A stretch of DNA of 23,694 nucleotides. It comes from Candidatus Hodarchaeota archaeon. Its GTDB lineage: Archaea > Asgardarchaeota > Heimdallarchaeia > Hodarchaeales > Hodarchaeaceae. The stretch lies in contig JAEOTQ010000010.1 in NCBI GenBank assembly GCA_016839785.1, positions 1 to 23,694 of the forward strand, written 5' to 3'. The notes beneath the pieces are model-generated. The model did no database searches. It was given only the letters and a program-made list of their open reading frames with translations, and had not been told where the DNA came from. Position numbers and translations under genes: made by a program. The number at the start of each line of letters is the position of its first letter. The stretch's first letter is position 1. Positions 9,567-17,277 of the stretch are shown here, in pieces.

Positions 9567-10820
9567 TTACCGAAACACACTTGCATATACCTTATTAAGG
9601 TGAAATTCCCTGAAATTTAAAGCAAGGAATCCTATAGTGCAGATGATGATTCCAATAAACCCAATTACTAGTGCACTCTGTCTAGAAAGCTCAAAGATGT
9701 TAATCGCAGTCGAAAATGCAAAGTAAAGAGACGATCCAACTAAAGAGATTAGTGAAGAAAATGTAGCTCGCTCCATAGATGAGATCTGATCTTGAATAAT
9801 TGCCTGGGTAAGTGGAGTTCTTGAGCCTCTTGTCAATTGGCCAAATAGGGATAGAACAATGACACCTAGTAATGAAGATCCAGCCATCAAACCGAGAAGA
9901 TATATTCCGTCAATTAAGATTAGGAGGAATAGCATTTGAGAATTCGCTAATCGAGATACTTTTGATCTAATTGCCAATGAGCTTAAACCAGCAGTGAGAT
10001 TGAAAAGGGCAATGATCAATCCCATTCCTAACGCATCGACTGTATAATCGTTAATAAAAGCATGTTGTGACGCCCAAAAGCCAATACTCGAAAATACCAT
10101 ACCTGCAATCATAACGATTAATACTAATTGAAGTTCTTTTTTCGTGGAGAGGGACTTTGCAGCAGTTATTATTGCCGCTCTTGGTGATTTGGCTTGAATT
10201 CGTGGAGGTTCAGTGTAACCTAATGTAACTAGCAAGGCAAAACCAATATGTCCTAAGACTGTCAAAAATATTGGTAGCTTCAACAAGGTTACCGTAGCAA
10301 TTATTCCTCCTAGTATTGCACCAATTGCGCTAGCACCGAACATAATACTCATTCTATTAGATACTAATTTGCCAAAATACCCATTTGGATTACTTTCCCT
10401 AGTTAGCAGTGAATCATAAACAAGTGCTGTATCACTACCAGTTTTAAAGGTAATTCCTATTCCTGCTAAAAATTCTCCAATTGCAAACATCAGGAACGTA
10501 TCTCCAATTGCATAGAAGAATATTCCAGCTCCAAATAATATATGAAATAATGCCGTACATCCCTTTCGTGACCAGTAGTCTGCAAATGAACCACTTGGAA
10601 CTTCAAGTAGTAGTATTGGAATCATAAATATTCCTTGCAGTACTAGCATTTCACTGAAAGTTAAACCAGCTCGGATCCATACCAACGCGAGTACAGGGAC
10701 CAGTAACACTGTGACATCAATTCCTGTTATCTGGAATATACGTATATTCATGTTTAGCTGTTCTTGGGTTAAACCTACATGTTTCTCTAGATAGTTTCCG
10801 TCATTAAACATGTTTGTCAC
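9567..10820 (-). CDS. MFS transporter (efflux-type)
   Basis: 417 aa with about 12 TM helices, motif A-like LEVPSGSFADYWSRK, SGSD-like TGSDTALVYDSL and ERATFSS. Start is GTG 10820 or ATG 10811. Confidence 0.88.
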   Translation of the reverse strand: MTNMFNDGNYLEKHVGLTQEQLNMNIRIFQITGIDVTVLLVPVLALVWIRAGLTFSEMLVLQGIFMIPILLLEVPSGSFADYWSRKGCTALFHILFGAGIFFYAIGDTFLMFAIGEFLAGIGITFKTGSDTALVYDSLLTRESNPNGYFGKLVSNRMSIMFGASAIGAILGGIIATVTLLKLPIFLTVLGHIGFALLVTLGYTEPPRIQAKSPRAAIITAAKSLSTKKELQLVLIVMIAGMVFSSIGFWASQHAFINDYTVDALGMGLIIALFNLTAGLSSLAIRSKVSRLANSQMLFLLILIDGIYLLGLMAGSSLLGVIVLSLFGQLTRGSRTPLTQAIIQDQISSMERATFSSLISLVGSSLYFAFSTAINIFELSRQSALVIGFIGIIICTIGFLALNFREFHLNKVYASVFR

Positions 10821-10873
10821 TTCATTTCGTGTATCTGTATCATTCTATTCACCAATTGCACTATATTTACGTT

Positions 10874-10934
10874 AAAAAATCTCGGGGAGCTAATATATCA
10901 ACGCTGATTGATATAAATGGATTCACCGAAGATT
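10874..10934 (-). terminator. Long hairpin followed by a U-tract upstream of the MFS start (attenuator-like), or an operator palindrome
   Basis: Perfect inverted repeat TATATCAA (10894-10901)/TTGATATA (10908-10915), with outer pairs TCGG/CCGA and AATC/GATT. On the minus strand the 3' arm runs into a T6 tract (10879-10874). Confidence 0.5.
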
Positions 10935-10995
10935 CCCAGAAACAATGACAAGAAGGTTACACGGGGTTGGCTATTCTAAAGGATCTTCAATCTGT

Positions 10996-11067
10996 TCAGA
11001 AACACATGATAGCTGGAGTGACAAGTGCATTAAAATAATCACAAGGAGAGAAATTTAGACTTGTCAT
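10996..11067 (-). CDS. Putative 23-aa leader peptide (uORF) MTSLNFSPCDYFNALVTPAIMCF
   Basis: ATG 11067 to TGA 10996, preceded by GGTTGG and by a TTTTAAAA TATA-like box at about 11106-11113. Lies inside a leader with several possible pairings. Confidence 0.4.
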   Translation of the reverse strand: MTSLNFSPCDYFNALVTPAIMCF

Positions 11068-11133
11068 TGATTTTCCAACCGCACTCGCTTCTGCAAACTC
11101 TGATTTTTTAAAAGTTTGTCTCTTGACAGTTTG

Positions 11134-11280
11134 CTACTCTTCTTTTATTAGTCGCTGAAATATCCTTGGACGCAAATAGAAGTAATATATGATTGCTGCT
11201 GAAATTAGCATAAAACCACTTACCAAGAATAGCAATTGTTCTATCGTAACTGATTGGGCATAGAAGTAAAATTTTGTCAT
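11134..11280 (-). CDS. 48-aa single-pass membrane microprotein
   Basis: Not in the ORF track: MTKFYFYAQSVTIEQLLFLVSGFMLISAAIIYYFYLRPRIFQRLIKEE*. One TM helix followed by a basic patch (positive-inside pattern). AGGAG upstream. Confidence 0.65.
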   Translation of the reverse strand: MTKFYFYAQSVTIEQLLFLVSGFMLISAAIIYYFYLRPRIFQRLIKEE

Positions 11281-11341
11281 TTCATGAATAACTCCTGATA
11301 TTTTTCCTCTTTTGAGTTTAAAATAAAGTGAAAATATAGAT

Positions 11342-11890
11342 CTATTCCAAAGAACTGTCCAATACTTGAGTCAAAATCTCTGTGTAAATTGTTAAATCTC
11401 TCTTACTGAACAGTACGAAGTGTACTTCACGAATGCTATTACTTGGTAAGCAATCTAATACAGTATCTATGGCAATCGGGGCCGCTTTCTGGATTGGAAA
11501 ACCATAGATTCCCGTTGATATTGAGGGGTAGGATATCGAGGTAGCTCCTGCGAATTCTGCTTGTTGAAATGAATTCCGATAAGAATTTTTTAGCAATTCT
11601 GATTCATTCTGGTCTCCTCCCCTCCATATTGGGCCAGGTGTATGAATTACCCACATTGCTTTTAGTAAACCGCCATGTGTGACTTTAGCTTCACCTGTTT
11701 TACACCCTTGGGGGTATTTTGCTATACACTCTTCAAGGATTTCAGGCCCTCCAGCCCGATGAATTGCACCATCTACGCCTCCTCCCCCCCTTAATGAAGT
11801 ATTAGCTGCGTTAACTATCGCATCCGTTTCTTCTAGAGTAATATCACTCTGAATTAATAGAATTTTTGTGCTTTTAATTGTAACTTCCAT
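11342..11890 (-). CDS. ymdB: Macrodomain O-acetyl-ADP-ribose deacetylase / ADP-ribosyl hydrolase (YmdB/MacroD-like)
   Basis: SDIT, DAIVNAAN, GGGGVDGAIHRAGG, VIHTPGP and PSISTGIYGFP motifs. Confidence 0.93.
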   Translation of the reverse strand: MEVTIKSTKILLIQSDITLEETDAIVNAANTSLRGGGGVDGAIHRAGGPEILEECIAKYPQGCKTGEAKVTHGGLLKAMWVIHTPGPIWRGGDQNESELLKNSYRNSFQQAEFAGATSISYPSISTGIYGFPIQKAAPIAIDTVLDCLPSNSIREVHFVLFSKRDLTIYTEILTQVLDSSLE

Positions 11891-11904
11891 ATGTTCATCA
11901 AGCT

Positions 11905-12834
11905 TTAATACTTTTCTGAGAGTCTAACTCTACGTGTGCCCTCGTCAAAAGTAACCATGCCGACATCCCGAAAATGTTGAACGATCTGTTGAACGGTGAA
12001 TGTTGCAATTCCAGTCATTGATGAAAGTTCATCTACTGTTACTTGCTCCAGACTTAAAAGATGATTAAGGACACGTCCAGATTCAGTTTCAGCTAAGAAG
12101 GTCTTGATGATCTTATTATTACTAAGAGTATCTCGTGTATCATCAGACATTGATTGAATCTTTGTATGAGCACGTTCCAATTCGTATTTTTGCATTTCTG
12201 TCTCATCACTTAATTTTTTCACCCGATGCTCAAGCTCCATTGCTTCCTCTTTTCGTTTTGTTAGCTCCTCTATCTTCTTATCACGAGAAATCAACAGTTC
12301 TTCCAGCTCGTTTATCTTAGCTTTGTATTTGTCAACCTCCTCCGTTTTATTTTGATTTTCACAATGAAGAGACTCAATATGACGCTGTGTAAGCGATTCC
12401 TTTTCAATGGCCAATGCTTCTTTCTCTTTTAATTGTTTTACAAGCTCTGCATATTTATCCGTCATTATTTTTTCTTTTTCTACCGCAATTGCAGAAGTTT
12501 GACGTAATTCTTCTAATACATCGACATACTTCTTCGTAAATTCTTCTACTTGTTCATTAATAGCAAAGGCCCAATTACTTGAATTTGTATCCAATTGTTC
12601 AACACGTTGGGATAAATCTAGTGTTTGATTGTTGAGTTCTAAGCTCAATGTTTCAAGTGATGTTCGTAACTCGTCCAAAGTGTTAGTTACTTCCTTTTTA
12701 CTCTGAGAACGAGCATCAACTAAGCGTTGTTCAAGATTTTGTGAAAGATCACTTAATCGTGATGCAGTACTTTCGATTTGTTCCTCAATGGAATCAAGTC
12801 TACGTTCCGATGGTCCCTTTTTTTTCCAGAACAT
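11905..12834 (-). CDS. Long coiled-coil protein with C-terminal winged helix-turn-helix
   Basis: About 230 aa of E/K/L/Q-rich heptads, then RVLNHLLSLEQVTVDELSSMTGIATFTVQQIVQHFRDVGMVTFD..RVRL (wHTH pattern). N-terminus is MFWKKKG. Confidence 0.75.
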   Translation of the reverse strand: MFWKKKGPSERRLDSIEEQIESTASRLSDLSQNLEQRLVDARSQSKKEVTNTLDELRTSLETLSLELNNQTLDLSQRVEQLDTNSSNWAFAINEQVEEFTKKYVDVLEELRQTSAIAVEKEKIMTDKYAELVKQLKEKEALAIEKESLTQRHIESLHCENQNKTEEVDKYKAKINELEELLISRDKKIEELTKRKEEAMELEHRVKKLSDETEMQKYELERAHTKIQSMSDDTRDTLSNNKIIKTFLAETESGRVLNHLLSLEQVTVDELSSMTGIATFTVQQIVQHFRDVGMVTFDEGTRRVRLSEKY

Positions 12835-13031
12835 TGGTATTCCCTTTATACATTCAATGGCAATAAATTATCATAAATCAATTAATCGTTTTTGAAATAA
12901 TGACACAATATAGACTTTTCTATTCTTAAACAATAACTCACACAGAAATAAATTTTTTAAATGAAGTCAGATGATTCAATTCACCTGTTCAATGAGATCA
13001 ACGAATTGCTTCCAAACATTGTTTCTTTGAA

Positions 13032-14015
13032 GTGAAAATAATGAAAACTGTGAATAGAGACATTTTATTAGAAAAAGAGATTATCTGGAGAGTAAAGAAG
13101 GGATTGGAGTTCAATCCTGAGTCGGAAACTTTTCTTAATTATTTGATTAAAGAGAAAGCACTATATGATAGGTATCGACCTCTGAATAAACTTATACCTA
13201 TAGTTGGAGTTATTATTGGACTTACTTTTCTGTTTCTTTATACATCCATGATGCTGGTTGATTTTATGATTATTTTTTTCTTAGAGGGGCAATATCTTGG
13301 GCCTCCTGATCTACAATCAGATTTTTTCTCACTATTAGTATTAACCTCTGTTTTGGCATCTGTACTTGGTCAAATATTAGTTATCTTCACTCTAAGTTTT
13401 AAATATTTCTTCACAAAAGACAATTGGTCCAAATTTCATGATCAGACTATTTCACTAGTCGAAAGATTATCAGAGATGAATCTATTACAAGAATACATAC
13501 AATTAGAAACGGATGAAAGTGGTGAAAAGCACTTCAAGCTGAGGAAACTTTCTGTTGACCTCCAAGTTCAATGGATTTTTCCGTTTATTTTCAACGCATT
13601 TCCTCCTTTATTGATTGAAATCATGTTTCTTTCTTTACTTCTCCCATTCTCTATGGCTACACTGTTTTCCCTATTAATAGCAATTGTAGAGGGTAATTGG
13701 ATCATTGCTTTAGGAATGACGCTAGTAATGGCTTTGATAATAGTCGGACTCTACTCTAATACGTTAACTATATTACGAAGCTGGTCTAAATATACTCGGA
13801 TACGAAATTTAATGATTACCCGTCAACAAGGAATTCTCCACCACCTGATTCTCACTGGCGAAGGTGATTTGACCATTTTAAGAAATGAAAACAACCTTTC
13901 CAGATTGGAAAGGATGCATTCCTTTCCCCTCCCTAGTTTATTTAGAATAACCGCATTTATTCCCTTAATCGGGTCCTTACTCGGATATTTGGTAGGATTT
14001 ACGCTTCTGGTCTGA
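13032..14015 (+). CDS. Hypothetical multi-pass membrane protein
   Basis: 327-aa ORF with about 5 hydrophobic segments and no recognised family motif. Start uncertain (GTG 13032 or ATG 13041). Confidence 0.7.
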   Translation: MKIMKTVNRDILLEKEIIWRVKKGLEFNPESETFLNYLIKEKALYDRYRPLNKLIPIVGVIIGLTFLFLYTSMMLVDFMIIFFLEGQYLGPPDLQSDFFSLLVLTSVLASVLGQILVIFTLSFKYFFTKDNWSKFHDQTISLVERLSEMNLLQEYIQLETDESGEKHFKLRKLSVDLQVQWIFPFIFNAFPPLLIEIMFLSLLLPFSMATLFSLLIAIVEGNWIIALGMTLVMALIIVGLYSNTLTILRSWSKYTRIRNLMITRQQGILHHLILTGEGDLTILRNENNLSRLERMHSFPLPSLFRITAFIPLIGSLLGYLVGFTLLV

Positions 14016-14024
14016 AAAATCATC

Positions 14025-14462
14025 TCAGAGTTTATACCCCATTTCTGAAGATAGAGACGTTTTACTTCGAATATAAACTCCACTTCCACGTGCAACTTCT
14101 TCATCTTGGTCAGTTAGAAGTATAGATTGCCCAATAAATTGGCTACGAGTAGCATTAACGAGTTTACCTTTCGCTATTAAAGTTCCAGTAGATACAGGGC
14201 TTGTTAAATATATTGTAAAACTTGCAGTTAAGACTAAAACGTCTTCTATAATCGAATTGACCGCAAAATATGCTGAATCATCAAGCATTTTCCAATATAC
14301 TGATCCATGAACTGCGTCTGCAGCATGATGAAATTCAGGCTTTAATGCTACTGTAACTGTAGCACTCTTATTTGATATTGCAATCGTTGCCTTATAAAAT
14401 TCATTCAAAGGATGGTTGTGATACATATTTGAAAGCTTAGTGTGATGGTTACTCCAATTCAA
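14025..14462 (-). CDS. PaaI family (hotdog-fold) thioesterase
   Basis: HHAADAVHGSVYWKMLDDSAYFA motif and C-terminal EVARGSGVY strand. Start uncertain. Confidence 0.85.
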   Translation of the reverse strand: MNWSNHHTKLSNMYHNHPLNEFYKATIAISNKSATVTVALKPEFHHAADAVHGSVYWKMLDDSAYFAVNSIIEDVLVLTASFTIYLTSPVSTGTLIAKGKLVNATRSQFIGQSILLTDQDEEVARGSGVYIRSKTSLSSEMGYKL

Positions 14463-14575
14463 TTTCCATTACCTATGGACTATCATTAAATTTAAAATAA
14501 AGGCTTTTTCTGATCTTCAGGGGATATTCTCTCCAGTATCACTCACTCCAAGTCTTATAATGGAGTTCTTTGGTT

Positions 14576-14836
14576 ATGAGCAAGCAAAATAAGCAAATAA
14601 TGCCCCACATTGAAGTAATTGTTCCAAATGATATTTGTAGTTGCTCATTCTCGGTCTGGATGAACCGTGTTTGGGATATCCTTAATGAATTTAAAGATCA
14701 AATTCACATTACCAGTCTAACTTCTGATTCTACTAGAGCAAGAGAGCTTGGAGTGACTGGACGGTCAGTAGTCATTAATGGAAAAATAATCCCTGTTTTT
14801 TTGCTCAAGGATCGAATTGTTGATCTGATTGTCTGA
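14576..14836 (+). CDS. Small thioredoxin-fold-like protein with CxC motif
   Basis: IEVIVPNDICSCS followed by a helix, and ARELGV..SVVINGK resembling small thioredoxin-like proteins. GGAG lies upstream of ATG 14576. Confidence 0.55.
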   Translation: MSKQNKQIMPHIEVIVPNDICSCSFSVWMNRVWDILNEFKDQIHITSLTSDSTRARELGVTGRSVVINGKIIPVFLLKDRIVDLIV

Positions 14837-14844
14837 AAAGTAAA

Positions 14845-15837
14845 TTAAATTAGCTCTGGATCAAGTGATTGAGTGTTAAATTGCCTCATGAGCTTACTGT
14901 ACTCCACTCTACTAAAGGAACATTCTTTCAAGCAGATTGAACATCCGTGATATTCCAAAAACACTGGAAAACAGTATTCATTATCGATATGAGTTAAAAG
15001 GCCATTTTCATTCTTGATTGGATAATCTCGAATTGCAAATCCAGGACACTTCCTCACACATCGAAAACATTTTTCACAGAATTCCTGAATCATTTTGCAG
15101 TTATTTTTTTCTGCAAACGGTAAATTCTGAATGTTAGTGTAAATTGCAGTGAGTCGAACACGTGAACCATGTTCAGGAGTGATTAGTAATCCGTTTTTCC
15201 CCCGATATCCTAAATCAGCTGATTCAGCAAGTGGAGGGTATAGCACCAAGCCTCCCAGTGGATGTCCGGCTTGAGCGGAGTATCCAGTTTCCCTTAAGTA
15301 CTTTGTTAATTTATTCGAGGCTTTTCCAAGTCTATCATAAGTTTGCATTATCATAGTTGCAGTTTTACCACTCGGAGCTTGTTCTATCTTTTCTTTATCC
15401 ATCTCCATGGTTAAAACTATGGCATTGTCATGCAAGACAGCTTTTTCCTTAAAAATAAATTTTCTTGGTAACTTTGCATATCCAATGGATGCGATATTCA
15501 ATGATTTAGCATATTCCTCAAATTCTTGTAAGAATTCATCACTGATCGAAGTTTTTGGTTCTTCTGGATTGTGATTTATAGATTTGAGAGATTTGATGAT
15601 GTTCCTCATTATAGAGGGAATTTCTTTCATTGTTCTAAGCGAGGAAAAAAGCTTAAGCTTATCTGCGGGATATTCGATGGCTTCGAATACAATTTCAAAC
15701 CGTATTGGTGACTCTTCTACACTCTGATAAGTGTTAGCTATCTGAGTTAATTGCTCTTCCAGCTCAATGAGGTTCTGAAAGTTTCTCTTCCCCAATGTAC
15801 TTAACATTTTTTTAACGAAGCGAGATTTTATTCCCAT
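14845..15837 (-). CDS. Cobalamin- and 2x[4Fe-4S]-dependent reductive dehalogenase-like / QueG-like enzyme
   Basis: SIGYA, LAESADLGYRGKNGLLITPEHGSRVRL, CEKCFRCVRKCP and C-x9-CSICLKEC motifs. No Tat RRxFxK signal. ATG 15837 preferred over TTG 15852. Confidence 0.8.
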   Translation of the reverse strand: MGIKSRFVKKMLSTLGKRNFQNLIELEEQLTQIANTYQSVEESPIRFEIVFEAIEYPADKLKLFSSLRTMKEIPSIMRNIIKSLKSINHNPEEPKTSISDEFLQEFEEYAKSLNIASIGYAKLPRKFIFKEKAVLHDNAIVLTMEMDKEKIEQAPSGKTATMIMQTYDRLGKASNKLTKYLRETGYSAQAGHPLGGLVLYPPLAESADLGYRGKNGLLITPEHGSRVRLTAIYTNIQNLPFAEKNNCKMIQEFCEKCFRCVRKCPGFAIRDYPIKNENGLLTHIDNEYCFPVFLEYHGCSICLKECSFSRVEYSKLMRQFNTQSLDPELI

Positions 15838-15888
15838 TATCACACTTACCAAGAATAATTTTTGTTTTCTGGAAATTTCTGCAGCTTT

Positions 15889-16212
15889 TTATTCTGGTCT
15901 CCGTTCAGGAATCATTCCGATACGTCCACCTAAATCAGTTGATGGATCAAAATATAATGCACAGTAACAATGTCCAAAATCTTGGATATCTGGATCTGAA
16001 TACTTACAAGGACAAATGATATCTCGGTCCAGATGATGATCGTTTTGAGAATCACGACAAGGACAATTATAATACCCGTGTCTGTTAAAATTTTGCATTA
16101 ATCCTTCAACAAGATCTTGTAAAGTCTGTGAATTATCGTTTAACACCCATCCCTTCCGCTCTGCAATCTTTGAGACATAAGAACTTACGTCTTCATACGA
16201 TTTTTTATTCAT
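15889..16212 (-). CDS. Ferredoxin:thioredoxin reductase catalytic (beta) subunit
   Basis: GYYNCPCR, IICPC and GHCYCALY motifs. ATG 16212 overlaps the upstream TGA (ATGA coupling). Confidence 0.92.
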   Translation of the reverse strand: MNKKSYEDVSSYVSKIAERKGWVLNDNSQTLQDLVEGLMQNFNRHGYYNCPCRDSQNDHHLDRDIICPCKYSDPDIQDFGHCYCALYFDPSTDLGGRIGMIPERRPE

Positions 16213-16520
16213 TTCAGCATGTCCTCCCATATGTCGGGATTATAACCAGAATCAACAGCCAATTTATCTACAACAATGAAAGGGAAGCGAGGACGTACAC
16301 CAAAGGTGGCATGCAACTCAGCTTTCAATCGATTCTTTTCCTCGAGAGGGATTTTATCAACATCCAAATAAGAATATGCATAGCCATTTTCTTTTAACCA
16401 TTCTTTGCCTTTTTTGCACCACATACAGGTACTTAAGGTAGCAACGAAGATTTTATGTCTATTACGAGAGCCTTCTACGTTCACTACATTATCAGGTATT
16501 TTTATTTGATCCAGTGACAT
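16209..16520 (-). CDS. Glutaredoxin/NrdH-like redoxin
   Basis: LSTCMWCKK active site, cis-Pro motif RFPFIVV and SGYNP. Translationally coupled to the FTR gene. Confidence 0.9.
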   Translation of the reverse strand: MSLDQIKIPDNVVNVEGSRNRHKIFVATLSTCMWCKKGKEWLKENGYAYSYLDVDKIPLEEKNRLKAELHATFGVRPRFPFIVVDKLAVDSGYNPDIWEDMLK

Positions 16521-16693
16521 TGTTATTCACTTTGTAAAGCGATACTATAATTCTGAAGGTCTGGGGGGAGTTTATTCCTATCTTTTATGTAAATAATGGA
16601 TAAAATCGAAAAGAACCACGATCGATTATGAAGCAAACCTAACCTAATAACTTAATAAGAAGTTAGATTTGAGTTTCTTGTTACTTGAGGTTA

Positions 16694-17209
16694 TCATTTC
16701 TGGATTGAGACTAACCGTTCAACAATGACAATTAGCGCTTTCTTAATCATAATAAATGATCTTTCGAACGGAGGGTCAAAATATGGATCAGGAACATCTT
16801 CATTTCGACCATAAACAAAATCTAACAATGTAAAAGCTTTATCTTTATGTTCAGTTGGAATTGATCTAAGATGTGATCGTTCCATCACCAGAATTAAATC
16901 CACAGAGTCAAACATCTTCGGATAATCAGGAAAATACCGTGGAATAAATTGATCTATTCGTTTTTGAGGAACTCCTTCTTCAAGTAACATTGCAGCGGAT
17001 TCCTCAGAAATTATAGAGTTACGATACCTAACTCCTCCTGATTCGACCTGAACTTTCTTCCCTAGATCAATATCAGCATTTAAGAGAAGATGTTCAAACA
17101 AAATTTCTGCATATGGACTGCGAATTATATTACCAGAGCAAATAAAATTAATAGTAATTGAATTTTGGCTAACAAACTTTCTAACGAACTTTTCTAGTTG
17201 ATCCTTCAC
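16694..17209 (-). CDS. Low-molecular-weight protein tyrosine phosphatase family protein
   Basis: P-loop FICSGNIIRSPYAE, DLILVME and DVPDPY motifs. GTG start. Confidence 0.88.
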   Translation of the reverse strand: MKDQLEKFVRKFVSQNSITINFICSGNIIRSPYAEILFEHLLLNADIDLGKKVQVESGGVRYRNSIISEESAAMLLEEGVPQKRIDQFIPRYFPDYPKMFDSVDLILVMERSHLRSIPTEHKDKAFTLLDFVYGRNEDVPDPYFDPPFERSFIMIKKALIVIVERLVSIQK

Positions 17210-17277
17210 TTTTACTCAATTTTCCAATTAATTCTCTACCGATTTTTATTTGTAGTAGTGACTCTTTCTATTGGAAT

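Noticed and set aside
10878-10934. SECIS element
   Set aside because: No convincing RUGA/GA quartet or GAA/A motif geometry, and no adjacent selenoprotein-like gene.
10820-11130. Known riboswitch class or T-box
   Set aside because: No TPP, FMN, SAM, cobalamin, fluoride or T-box consensus was recognisable by eye. An Rfam scan is still needed.
14845-15837. Respiratory organohalide reductase (RdhAB)
   Set aside because: No Tat motif, no rdhB anchor gene, and the protein is shorter than typical RdhA.
16694-17209. Thioredoxin-coupled arsenate reductase ArsC / ars operon
   Set aside because: The two resolving cysteines are missing, and no arsR, acr3 or arsB is nearby.
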